Source: Nitrospirota bacterium (GTDB taxonomy: Bacteria; Nitrospirota; JACRHJ01). Taken from it: a DNA stretch of 64,000 bases. The notes below the pieces were generated by a model, which worked only from the letters and a program-made list of their open reading frames with translations, did no database searches and was not told the DNA's origin. Position 1 is the first letter of the stretch. Every line of letters begins with the position of its first letter. A program made the translations under genes and the position numbers. This document shows positions 1 through 9,935 of the stretch, piece by piece. The stretch spans positions 31,837 to 95,836 of the forward strand of contig CAWJRJ010000030.1 of NCBI GenBank assembly GCA_963845245.1, in the 5' to 3' direction.

Positions 1-281
1 GTCCCAAGCGCCTTCTCAAGACGCCTTGCCCTGTACAGCGGTGAAGGCCTCCAGAGCGAATAGATCTCCATGACTTCTTCCGGGATATCTATGTACCGCT
101 CGGTGCTGACCTCCTGCTCTATTATCGACATCGGAAATATCGGCGCAAGGTCTTCGGGGCCGACAGGCTGTTTTGTGCCGGGGTGAAGAGGCGGCGCGGG
201 CTTGGTAGGCATATCCGCCATTATGTTGTACCACTGGCGCGGCATCTCTTTTTCTGTCAGTAAAATCTTGGTCTCTTTCAT
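1..281 (-). CDS. trpB2: TrpB2-type (TrpB-like PLP-dependent) tryptophan synthase beta subunit, 5' part; runs off the window
   Basis: Not in the ORF track. Manual translation from ATG at 281: [93 protein letters not shown], the characteristic TrpB2 N-terminus. Follows trpC by 2 nt. Confidence 0.92.
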   Translation of the reverse strand, partial: MKETKILLTEKEMPRQWYNIMADMPTKPAPPLHPGTKQPVGPEDLAPIFPMSIIEQEVSTERYIDIPEEVMEIYSLWRPSPLYRARRLEKALG

Positions 282-283
282 AA

Positions 284-1080
284 TTATTTCATCCTCCCAG
301 AAACGGTATTGTCTGCCAGCTCCCTAAGCTTCTTCCCGTAGTCCTCTTGCCTCATTATTGCCTCGCCGATAAGTGCGGCGTCGGCGCCGATCTTATTAAG
401 GTAGCGTATATCTTCCAGGCTTGATATCCCTGATTCGCTTACGACCAACTTGTCGTCGGTATATCTCGCATAAGCCTCTCGGTGGTCTTTATGTCCACAT
501 CGAAGGTATTCAGGTTGCGGTTGTTTATGCCGACCACATTGAAACCACACTCGAGCACCTTTTCAAGGTCTCGCTCGTCGTGCGACTCGGCCAGCGTCTC
601 CATGCCAAGCTCTTTGCCCAGCATGTACAGGTCCTGCATCCTGGAGGTCTCCAGTATGGCGGCGATCAGAAGAAACGCGTCCGCCCCGTTTGCCTTTGCC
701 TCGTAGACCTGGTACTCGTCGAAGATGAAGTCCTTCCTGAGAAGCGGTATGTTGACCTTCTTCCTTATCTCGGCAAGGAACGAGAGGTCACCCATGAAAT
801 GTTTTTTCTCTGTAAGGACTGATATCGCCTTCGCGCCGTTTTTCTCATACGCAGCGGCTATTGCGACCGGGTCGAAATCTGCGCGGATCAGCCCCTTCGA
901 TGGTGAGGCCTTTTTCACCTCGGCTATGATTGTCACACGGTCCGGGTGAACAAGCGCGGCGGCGAAATCATAGCCTGGGACGGCGTCCCGGACCTTCGCC
1001 TTAAGCTCCTTTAGAGGGAGCCGCGATTTAACGCCGTCTAGCTCTTCTCTTTTGTCTTTTACAATAATGTCGAGGATCAT
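284..1080 (-). CDS. trpC: Indole-3-glycerol phosphate synthase (one apparent frameshift near 460)
   Basis: [23 protein letters not shown] and GINNRNL in ORF 439..1080; C-terminal VSESGI...LIGEAIM continues in ORF 284..550. Confidence 0.95.
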
Positions 1081-1092
1081 CCAGGCGGGTCC

Positions 1093-2167
1093 CTATAAAC
1101 CTGAAGCGGGTTTCAGGTTTTTGGTGAATCCCACAAGGCCGTCAAGCTTTGCCATCGCGGCACCAGAGTCTATCGACCCTGCAGCCAGCTTTATGCCTTC
1201 GGCAATAGACCCGGCCTTACCCCCCACATACAATGCAGCGCCCGAGTTTAAAATCACAATATCCCGCCCCGCGCCGGGCTTCCCGCCCAGTATGTCTTTT
1301 GCTATTGCGGCATTTTTACCAGCATCGCCGCCAAGTATATCTTCAGCAGCGGCAAGCTTAAAACCGTAATCCCTCGGGTCCAGGAACCATGTATGCACGC
1401 CCGCGTCCCTGACCTCTGAGATCCGGCTCTCTCTGGTAATGGTAATCTCGTCAAGTCCGTCCATCCCGTGCACAACCATAGCCCTCTTCGTGCCGAGGTT
1501 CAACAGCACGTGCGCCATCTTCTCTGTGAGTGCAGCCTCGTACACTCCCAGAACCTGTGCGCTCGCGCCAGCCGGGTTGGTAAGCGGACCGAGTATGTTG
1601 AATATGGTCCTTATCCCTATCTCTCTCCTTGGCCCTATCGCGTGCTTCATGGAAGAGTGCAACATCGGCGCATAAAGGAAACCGATGCCAAGCTCGTCTA
1701 TGCACCTTCCCACATCTTCGGGCGATATGTCTATGTTCACGCCAAGCGCGGTAAGGACATCAGCGCTGCCGCAGCAAGATGATACTGCACGGTTCCCGTG
1801 TTTGGCGACCTTAATGCCGGCGCCCGCCACGACGAATGCGCAAATCGTCGATATGTTAAAGGTGTTGGTGCCGTCTCCCCCGGTGCCGCAGGTGTCCATC
1901 ACGGTCTCAAGGTCTAAGTTTATGTCGTCGTGGTCGAGCGTGACAGGCCTGCCCTTCATAGGTATCCTGGTCACCTTCTTCCTCATGACCTTTGCCGCGC
2001 CGGTTATCTCGTCCACCGTCTCACCCTTCATCCGAAGCGCGGTAATGAAGGCGGCAATAAGGGCATTGGAGACCTGACCTTCCATTATCTCGACCCATCG
2101 CGGCTTCCATCTCCTCACGGGTCAGGTTCTCGCGGTCAACAACTTTTAAAAGGGCTTCACTTATCAT
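1093..2167 (-). CDS. trpD: Anthranilate phosphoribosyltransferase (apparent frameshift near 2095)
   Basis: [26 protein letters not shown] and [13 protein letters not shown] motifs. True start read as ATG at 2167 ([24 protein letters not shown]) in a shifted frame. Confidence 0.95.
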
Positions 2168-2189
2168 AATTTTTATCCACGTTTACGGA

Positions 2190-2221
2190 CTCTCCTGCCG
2201 GGAGAGGGCGGTGGGTGAGGG
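2190..2221. repeat. BoxC-like / REP-like palindromic half element
   Basis: CTCTCCTGCCGGGAGAGGGCGGTGGGTGAGGG resembles the widespread CCCTCTCCC-n-GGGAGAGGG-n-GGGTGAGGG intergenic repeat. Lies between trpG and trpD. Confidence 0.5.
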
Positions 2222-2800
2222 CTAGCCCTTGCCCCTCATCATTCGTGTGAAGTTCCCAAGCAGGTCCTTGCCCACGGTAGTAAGTATCGATTCAGGGTGA
2301 AACTGGACGCCCTCAACCATAAACTCCCTGTGCCGAAGCCCCATGATCTCGCCTTCCTTCGTCTCGGCGCTTATCTCCAGGCATTTGGGGAGGGTGGACT
2401 TCTTTACTATCAGGGAGTGGTACCTGGTCGCCACAAACGGGTTCGGGAGGTCCTTGAAGATGGTCTTGCCGTCGTGGTGTATCATCGAGGTCTTGCCGTG
2501 CATTAGCCTGTCGGCCCTTATCACGTCGCCGCCGAACGCCTCGCCTATCGACTGGTGCCCAAGGCATACGCCGAGAATGGGTATCTTTCCCGCAAAGTAT
2601 TTTATCGTCTCCACCGAGATGCCCGCTTCCTTCGGGGTGCACGGGCCGGGAGATATTATTATGCCCTCGGGAGCCATATTCTCGATCTCGGCGATAGTTA
2701 TCTTGTCGTTCCTGTATACGCGCAGGTCCTCACCAAGCTCGCCCAGGTATTGGACGAGGTTGTATGTAAAGGAGTCGTAGTTGTCGATCATTAAAAGCAT
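2222..2800 (-). CDS. trpG: Anthranilate synthase component II (glutamine amidotransferase)
   Basis: [30 protein letters not shown] and GVQFHPES motifs. Confidence 0.96.
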   Translation of the reverse strand: MLLMIDNYDSFTYNLVQYLGELGEDLRVYRNDKITIAEIENMAPEGIIISPGPCTPKEAGISVETIKYFAGKIPILGVCLGHQSIGEAFGGDVIRADRLMHGKTSMIHHDGKTIFKDLPNPFVATRYHSLIVKKSTLPKCLEISAETKEGEIMGLRHREFMVEGVQFHPESILTTVGKDLLGNFTRMMRGKG

Positions 2801-2819
2801 AGAAACCTCTTGTTGCTTC

Positions 2820-4292
2820 TTATAGCCCGGTCTGCGCCAGCTCCAGCGCCTTCATCATTGCCGCTGCCTTGTTTACCGTCTCGATATATTCTGTTTCCGG
2901 GTCGGAGTCGGCAACTATACCGGCACCCGCCTGCACGTAGACCTTGCCGTCCTTGAACAGAAGCGTACGTATGGTGATGCAGGTGTTCAGCGTGCCGGAA
3001 AATCCGAAATATCCGACCGCACCGGCATATGGCCCGCGCCTGGTCGGTTCGAACTCCTCGATTATCTGCATCGCGCGTATCTTCGGCGAGCCGGACACCG
3101 TCCCGGCGGGAAAGCATGCCCTCATCACGTCGTATGAGTCCTGCCCGTCTGCAAGCTCACCGCGTACGTTAGATACTATATGCATGACGTGGGAGTACCG
3201 CTCGACAACCATCAACTCGCTGACAACCACCTTGCCGGGTTTCGATACGCGGCCTACGTCGTTCCTGCCCAGGTCAACGAGCATTATATGTTCGGCGCAC
3301 TCCTTCGGGTCGGCCAAGAGCTCCTTCTCAAGGGCAAGGTCTTCTTCCTCGGTCTTCCCGCGCTTCCTGGTACCCGCAATCGGCCTGAGTTCAACCTTGT
3401 CGCCTTCAAGCCTGACCATTACCTCCGGCGATGAGCCGGACATGGTAAAATCCCCGCATCGCAGGAAGAACATGTAGGGAGACGGGTTTATCACCCTCAG
3501 TGCACGGTACACGTCGAAAGGGTCGATCTTTGCCTTTTCTTCGAACCTCTGCGACAGCACCACCTGGAAGATGTCGCCCGCCTTTATATATTCCTTGGCG
3601 GCCTTTACGGCACTCTCGAACGCGGTCTTGGTGAAGTTTGATTTCAGCTTTCCGGCGGCCCTAGGCTTTGATGCCTTCACCTTCGGCATCTTGCCGCTTA
3701 GCTTTTTAATCAGGGCCTCTATTTTTTCGACCGCCTCGGCGTATGCTGCCTCCGCACCCGCATCGCCGATATGCGCGTTCGCCACCACCTTTATCTTCTG
3801 CGCCACGTTGTCGAATATCAGCAGTGTGTCCGTGAGCATGAACAGCAGGTCCGGGCAGCCGAGAGTGGGTTTTGCCTCTTGTTTGATGTTTTCAAAGAAG
3901 GAAACCACGTCATAGCCTACATACCCTACCGCACCGCCAAAAAACTGGGGAAGCCCGTCAACCTCGACCGGCCTGTAATCATCCATAACGGATTTCAGAA
4001 ATGTGAGCGGGTCGCCCTCGATCGGCCTCTCGGCGGTTACTCCTCCCCTGCTTATAAAACCCGTGTTTCCAGCAGTCCGGACGACAACGGAAGGCCCGGA
4101 ACCCAAAAAGGAATACCTGGCCCACTTCTCACCGCCCTGCACGCTTTCAAGCAGAAAGGAGTAATCGCCATCGTCGATCCGCATAAACGCGGAGACAGGC
4201 GTAAGCAGGTCGGCCAGCAACTCCCTGTACACAGGGACAAGATTGCCCTTTTTGGCCTTGTTTTTGAAATCATCCAGAGACGGGAAATACAT
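2820..4292 (-). CDS. trpE: Anthranilate synthase component I
   Basis: [44 protein letters not shown] and [11 protein letters not shown] motifs. Confidence 0.96.
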   Translation of the reverse strand: MYFPSLDDFKNKAKKGNLVPVYRELLADLLTPVSAFMRIDDGDYSFLLESVQGGEKWARYSFLGSGPSVVVRTAGNTGFISRGGVTAERPIEGDPLTFLKSVMDDYRPVEVDGLPQFFGGAVGYVGYDVVSFFENIKQEAKPTLGCPDLLFMLTDTLLIFDNVAQKIKVVANAHIGDAGAEAAYAEAVEKIEALIKKLSGKMPKVKASKPRAAGKLKSNFTKTAFESAVKAAKEYIKAGDIFQVVLSQRFEEKAKIDPFDVYRALRVINPSPYMFFLRCGDFTMSGSSPEVMVRLEGDKVELRPIAGTRKRGKTEEEDLALEKELLADPKECAEHIMLVDLGRNDVGRVSKPGKVVVSELMVVERYSHVMHIVSNVRGELADGQDSYDVMRACFPAGTVSGSPKIRAMQIIEEFEPTRRGPYAGAVGYFGFSGTLNTCITIRTLLFKDGKVYVQAGAGIVADSDPETEYIETVNKAAAMMKALELAQTGL

Positions 4293-4343
4293 TACAAATT
4301 CCTTGAATATATTAGATGCTGACGAAAAAAAACCCAGATAAGA

Positions 4344-4372
4344 AAATTAACATGTTTGCGGGTTACTGTCAA
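4344..4372 (-). promoter_or_regulatory. Sigma70-type promoter of the trp operon
   Basis: Minus strand TTGACA-17 nt-TAATTT with TGn extension, about 50 nt upstream of trpE. Confidence 0.6.
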
Positions 4373-4422
4373 GAAATTAGGCACTTGAATGTAGGGCACC
4401 ACGACAGGCTCTTACCTTACAG

Positions 4423-4443
4423 AAGCCCCCTTGAAGGGGGCTT
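4423..4443 (-). terminator. Hairpin/terminator downstream of the DUF488 pair
   Basis: AAGCCCCCTT-G-AAGGGGGCTT inverted repeat just after the stop at 4448; the minus-strand U tract is weak. Confidence 0.55.
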
Positions 4444-4447
4444 TCGC

Positions 4448-4819
4448 TCAGGCTGCTTCCCTTGCCGGCGTCAGTTTGGCCAGTATATAGTCTTTGATGG
4501 CAACCGCGTTGTTGTACTCGCTTACGCCCTCTTTATAGAGAAGGGTTACCGGCCCATGGGCAGCCAGTTCGACTAACGGCTGAAGCCTGTGTATTTTTTC
4601 GTCCAGTTCAGCGAAGTAGCCGCACTCGAACTCACCCCACCTCTCCGCCTTACCTGAAAACCACGCCTGCTCACCCTCACCAGGCGCAACGTCATAAAGC
4701 CACAGGTTTACTTCCGCATCCTCTCTTTTAAGGCCAAGAGGCCAAGCCCTCTCAATATACACGCGAAAACCATCTTTTTTGCCGACCTTTTCATCTATTC
4801 TCTTAATTAATATAGGCAT
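4448..4819 (-). CDS. DUF488 (YeaO-like) family protein, divergent copy
   Basis: DGFRVYIERAWPLG...W..DVAP...NNAVAIK; GGAGG RBS precedes the ATG at 4819. Confidence 0.8.
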   Translation of the reverse strand: MPILIKRIDEKVGKKDGFRVYIERAWPLGLKREDAEVNLWLYDVAPGEGEQAWFSGKAERWGEFECGYFAELDEKIHRLQPLVELAAHGPVTLLYKEGVSEYNNAVAIKDYILAKLTPAREAA

Positions 4820-4878
4820 CTTAAACCTCCCAAAACCGTCCCTGCCCACATACCCGTATTGCGTGGGACAGGCCAGAC

Positions 4879-5253
4879 TCAGGCTGCCTTCTTAGAACCA
4901 TATTTCTCTCTCTCTATAAACTCTTTCAGCGCTACGGCGTTGTTTATACTGGTATTCTTTGAACCGTAGACAAGCGTCACCGTCCTCGCCTTCGCATTCA
5001 CAACCGGCATCAACAACTCGTCCTTCTCCCTGAGTTCCTCAAAGTAATGGCTCTTGAACTCCTCCCATCTGTCTGGGTCGTGCGAGAACCATTTCCTTAT
5101 CATCTCGCTGGGGGCTATCTCCTTTAACCAGAGGTCGACATCGAGGTCTTCCTTCTTTATCCCCCTGGGCCAGAGCCTGTCCACCAGCACCCTCATCCCA
5201 TCGTTTTCGGAAGGTGCTTCGTATGCCCTTTTAATCTTTATGACAGGTTTCAT
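4879..5253 (-). CDS. DUF488 (YeaO-like) family protein
   Basis: IKRAY...DGMRVLVDRLWPRGIKK...WLKEIAPS...RKWF.H...NNAVALK; GGAGG RBS precedes the ATG at 5253. Confidence 0.9.
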   Translation of the reverse strand: MKPVIKIKRAYEAPSENDGMRVLVDRLWPRGIKKEDLDVDLWLKEIAPSEMIRKWFSHDPDRWEEFKSHYFEELREKDELLMPVVNAKARTVTLVYGSKNTSINNAVALKEFIEREKYGSKKAA

Positions 5254-5352
5254 ATCGTCCTCCAGCCCCCCTCCCATTTATTACGCCCTATACAAATTAT
5301 ATCACAACCAAAACTCCGGTTTAAGCGGTTTGGCTTTACTTGAGCGATCGGT

Positions 5353-7335
5353 TTGTCTATAATCGTGATATGGCACAATCACAAAAAACTCATTTACGCA
5401 ATAATCGCCGTGGTTGCAATAATTATTGGCGCAATCGGCGGTTTTGTCATGGTCCACTCGACCGACATGCCCCAGGTCGAGGCCCTTGAGAACTTTAAAC
5501 CGAACGCGACAACGAGGGTGTTCGCCGACAACGGCGAGATGCTGGCCGAGTTCTACATGGAAAACAGGATCCCTGTCAGCCTGTCGAGCATCCCTACTCA
5601 TGTTATAAAGGCTTTTCTGGCTACTGAGGACCCCCGGTTCTATTCGCACTCGGGCATTGACGTCTCCGGCGTTTTGAGGGCGATGCTGTCAAACATCCGG
5701 GCCGGAAAGATCGTGCAGGGAGGCAGCTCCATAACCCAGCAACTGGCAAAACTCCTCTTCCTTGAGCCTGAAAAAACGCTGACCAGGAAGATAAAGGAAG
5801 CCCTTATCGCCCTCCAGATAGAACGGCGCTACTCCAAGGACGAGATACTTGCCCTCTACTTAAACCAGGTCTACCTGGGGAACGGAGCATACGGTGTGGA
5901 GGCGGCATCAGAGCGTTACTTCGGCAAGCCCGTATCCCAGCTGACCCTCGCCGAAGGAGCCGTGCTTGCCGGGCTCCCGGCCGCGCCCAATAAATACTCA
6001 CCCATAAACAACCTTGAAAGGGCATATGCGCGCCGCATGCACGTGCTCAAAAGGATGACCGCGGAGGGCTTTATCACCGAGGCCGATCTGGCCAAGGCAA
6101 GCCAGGAGCCAATCGAGATAAAACCGGCAAAGAACGCACACGGTTTCAAGGCTCCCTATTTTGTGGAGTACGTCCGCCAGAGGCTTGAGGAGAAATTCGG
6201 ATCTACCGCCCTTTACAAGGGAGGGCTTAACGTTTACACGACGCTAAACCTCAAAATGCAGGAGATAGCCGAGGCGGCTATGGCCAAGGACCTTGCGGGG
6301 ATTGCAAAGAGACATCCCAGAAAGGATAAAGAGATCCAGGGGGCGTTTCTTGCTATAGAGCCGCACTCCGGCTATGTAAAAGCGATGATAGGCGGGAAGG
6401 ATTTCGAAAAAAGCGAGTTCAACAGGAGCACCCAGGCCCAGAGGCAGCCGGGCTCGTCTTTCAAGCCCATCGTCTATGCTGCAGCACTCGACAACGGATT
6501 CGGGCCGGAATCCATAATCGTCGACGGGCCGGTATCTTACCCAGGAGCAAGACCGGGCGCGCCATGGAGGCCCACCAACTTCGAGAACAAGTTTGAAGGC
6601 CCGGTAACACTACGCCGTGCACTGGCAAGGTCAATAAATGTCGTCGCGGTCAAGCTCCTTGATAAAGTCGGCATACCCACAACGATAGAATATGCCAGAA
6701 AGCTCGGCATAAAGTCCACCCTCAACCCATATCTTCCACTAGCCTTGGGCGCCTCAGACGTGACGCTCATGGAGATGACAAACGCCTACGCCGTATTCGA
6801 CAATTCCGGCGTATATACCACGCCTTCAGTAATCGAGAGGATAACGGACCGCGAGGGCGGACTTATAGAGGATAACGTGCCCCCTTCCAGACAGGCGTTG
6901 TCACCGGACACGGCGGCGGCAATGACCGACCTCCTCCAGGGCGTGGTTAAGTTCGGCACCGGTTTCGAAGCCAAGAGCCTGGGGCGTCCGGCAGCCGGAA
7001 AAACAGGTACAACGTCAAGCTACAACGACGCATGGTTCATAGGGTACATACCCAGCATGGTGGTGGGTGTGTGGGTGGGATATGACGACCACAAACCGAT
7101 AGGTAACCGTGAGACCGGAGCCAAGGCCGCCCTGCCGGCATGGCTTGAGTTCATGAAGAATTATACCAAGGAGTACAACCTGCCGGTGGAGGATTTTCCC
7201 GCCCCTCCGCAGCCAGGTTTCAACAACAGGACCGGCTCTGCCGCACAGGCTGCGCCACCAACAACCGAAACCGGAGGCCCCGTTGACGAGGCCCCTGCCG
7301 ACCCGGAAAATATCAGTTCCGTAACAACACACTGA
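5353..7335 (+). CDS. Penicillin-binding protein 1A (class A, transglycosylase plus transpeptidase); exact start uncertain
   Basis: N-terminal TM; EDPRFYSHSG, GGSSITQQLAK and RKIKE (TG domain); GSSFK (SxxK), SIN (SxN) and KTGT (TP domain). Confidence 0.93.
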   Translation: MSIIVIWHNHKKLIYAIIAVVAIIIGAIGGFVMVHSTDMPQVEALENFKPNATTRVFADNGEMLAEFYMENRIPVSLSSIPTHVIKAFLATEDPRFYSHSGIDVSGVLRAMLSNIRAGKIVQGGSSITQQLAKLLFLEPEKTLTRKIKEALIALQIERRYSKDEILALYLNQVYLGNGAYGVEAASERYFGKPVSQLTLAEGAVLAGLPAAPNKYSPINNLERAYARRMHVLKRMTAEGFITEADLAKASQEPIEIKPAKNAHGFKAPYFVEYVRQRLEEKFGSTALYKGGLNVYTTLNLKMQEIAEAAMAKDLAGIAKRHPRKDKEIQGAFLAIEPHSGYVKAMIGGKDFEKSEFNRSTQAQRQPGSSFKPIVYAAALDNGFGPESIIVDGPVSYPGARPGAPWRPTNFENKFEGPVTLRRALARSINVVAVKLLDKVGIPTTIEYARKLGIKSTLNPYLPLALGASDVTLMEMTNAYAVFDNSGVYTTPSVIERITDREGGLIEDNVPPSRQALSPDTAAAMTDLLQGVVKFGTGFEAKSLGRPAAGKTGTTSSYNDAWFIGYIPSMVVGVWVGYDDHKPIGNRETGAKAALPAWLEFMKNYTKEYNLPVEDFPAPPQPGFNNRTGSAAQAAPPTTETGGPVDEAPADPENISSVTTH

Positions 7336-8142
7336 CCCAGCCAGACAGCTGGGACCAGTTCCACGACCTCAAGGCCTGAAGCCTTTGCGGCTTTAATGAC
7401 CTGCTCCTCCTGGCCTGTCAGCAGGCCGGAAACAGCAACCTTCCCATCCTTGTTCAAAGCAGCCGCAATGTCCGGCATCAGGTTCAGCAGCACTTCCTGG
7501 AAGATGTTGGCTGCTATAAAGTCGTAACCGCGCCCTGCCTCTTTAATGCTCCCATGAATAAGCCTTATCCGCTCCGACATGTTGTTGAGCGAGATATTCC
7601 TGGCCGCGGTGCGTATGGCATCGTCTTCCACGTCCACGGCGGTGATGTCCGCCACCCCGTATAGCGCAGCGGCAATGGAGAGTACACCCGTACCGGTGCC
7701 CAGGTCAAGAAAACGCTTTACCGGGAGGTCTTGGTATGGACTCGGCCCATGATTTGAGCATGCCGAGCACCGTTGAGGTGGTTACATGGTCCCCCGTCCC
7801 GAAGGCCTGGCCAGGGTCGAGTATCATCTTCTTCTCGCCCGGCCCTGCGTTGCAATCCTCCCAGGGAGGGCAGATCAATATATCCGCCGCATGGAAAGGC
7901 TTGAAGTTCTCCTTCCACGATGCATACCAGTCCTGCTCCGGCACAGGCTTTAAGCTTGATTCCACCCCTGAAAAAACTGAAAGCGCCCCGGTAACCTTTG
8001 CAGGGTCCACATCATTTTGGAAGTAGGCGGACAGCTCGCCTTCCCCCTCGGTGATCCCCTGGCAGCCAAGCTCATAAAGCGCGGCGATAACCGGTTCTTT
8101 CAGCTCATCAGGAAATTTTATCTGAAACTCGTGCCACATCAC
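7313..8142 (-). CDS. prmA: Ribosomal protein L11 methyltransferase (two apparent frameshifts, near 7720 and 7355)
   Basis: DW...WK.NF.P, ILDPGQAFGTGDH.TT, then FLDLGTGTGVLSIAA, AANI and SGLL. A shifted frame gives the typical end GWVSVLLRN* at 7313. Confidence 0.88.
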
Positions 8143-9848
8143 ATGCTCTCCGGCGCACTTACCCCAAGGAGCTTCAAGGCGGTCGCAACCACCGTCCTGA
8201 CCGACTTTACAAGGTACATCCTCGCATATGTCAGCTTCAGGTCGTCGGTTATAAAGCGGTGCTTGAAATAATAGCTGTGAAGCTCCCCTGCAAGGTCCTG
8301 GAGATAGTAGGTGAACCTGTGCGGCTCAAGTGCAAGGGCTGCTCCCTCCACTATCTCCGGGAACGCCGAAAGTTTCTTCATTATCGAAAGTTCCTCGGGC
8401 AGGGTCAGAAGCCCTAGGTCGACTTCGTCGATCGGCGGCAGCGTTATGGCCTTCTCTTCCGCCTGCCTGAACACCGAACAGAGCCTGGCATGCGCATACT
8501 GGACGTAATAGACCGGGTTCTCCGCCGTCTGTTTTTTTACCAGGTCCAAGGTCGAAGTCAAGGTGCGAGTCCGAGCGCCTGAGCAGGAAAGTGAACCGGC
8601 ATGCGTCCTTGCCCACCTCTTCCATCACCTCGTCCAGCGTCACAAAATCCCCGGACCTCTTGGACATCTTCACCGGCTGGCCTTCACGCATCAGGTTGAC
8701 AAGCTGCACAAGGAGCACCTTGAAGCTTTCGGTGTCATGCCCCAGTGCCTGCACCGCCGCCTTCATCCTGGGGATGTAGCCGTGGTGGTCGGCTCCCCAG
8801 ATGTCTATTATCCCTTCAAACCCGCGCAGGTACTTGTCCCGGTGGTATGCGATGTCCGAGGCGAAGTATGTCTTCTGCCCGTTGCTCCTTACCAGCACCC
8901 GGTCCTTGTCGTCCCCGAAGGTGGTAGTCCTGAGCCAGAGCGCGCCGCCGTCCTCGAACACCAGCCCCTTTTCCGGTCAGTTCGTCTATCGCCTTTTTTA
9001 CCAGGTCGTTTGAAGGCTCGTACAGGCTTCGCTCGCTGTACCAGTTGTCAAAGTTCACCCCGAACTCGGCAAGGGTGGCTTCGATACGTCCAAGCATGGC
9101 CTTTATGCCTTCTTCGCGACAGTAAGTCCTTTTTCTTGTCCTCCGGGAGCGCCATGAATGCCGGGTCTTCCATGAACTCACGCGCAATGTCGGTTATGTA
9201 TTCACCCATATACAGGTTCGGCTTCTCCGCGCCGTCCACATCAGCGGATGCAGGAGCCATTACAAGTTCAGCCCCCTCGTCGCCTGTCAACTGCCTGTAC
9301 CGCATGAATATGCTCATCCCCAGGTTTTCAACCTGAGAACCGTAGTCGTTGATGTAGAACTCCCTGCGGACGTCGTAGCCGGCGAATCCCAGCAGCCTGC
9401 AAAGCGAGTCCCCAACCGCAGCACCGCGCCCGTGGCCGATGTGCAGGGGGCCGGTTGGGTTGGCCGAGACGAACTCGACCTGCGTCTTGCGGCCGTTGCC
9501 GACATGGGAGTGGCCGAAGCTTCCGCCCTGGCGCTCAATGTCTTTCAACACACCAAGCCATGCGCCGGGACGCAGGAAAAAATTCAGGAAACCCGGCCCC
9601 GCTATCTCGACCTTATCTATTACTCCTTCGGTGTCTTTTATGGAATCTCTAATGGCTTCGGCAATCTTGCGGGGCGGCTTCCCTTCGGACTTCGCCATCC
9701 CAAGCGCAACGGTGGTCGCGAAATCGCCGTGCCCTTCTTCCCTGGGTGCCTCCACAATTACCACAGGCATAGAAACAAGTGAGACAAGTCCTGCCTCTTT
9801 TGCGGAGGAAAGGGCGTCAAGTATTATATCAGTAAGCGTTTTTTTCAC
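8139..9848 (-). CDS. argS: Arginine--tRNA ligase (about three apparent frameshifts)
   Basis: [17 protein letters not shown] (HIGH), [37 protein letters not shown] and LGVSAPESM spread over consecutive ORF fragments. Confidence 0.95.
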
Positions 9849-9886
9849 GAACCGGCCCCTTTGTCGTTTGTAATTAAAAAATTAAT

Positions 9887-9914
9887 AGTATAGCGGAAGG
9901 AAAGGTAAAGTCAA
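9887..9914 (-). promoter_or_regulatory. Sigma70-type promoter of argS-prmA
   Basis: Minus strand TTGACT-16 nt-TATACT about 40 nt upstream of the GTG start. Confidence 0.55.
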
Positions 9915-9935
9915 GGCAGACTTGAAGAATCGGTA

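Noticed and set aside
4293..4343. trp attenuator leader peptide
   Set aside because: The leader between the promoter and trpE is only about 45 nt, with no Trp-codon ORF or terminator.
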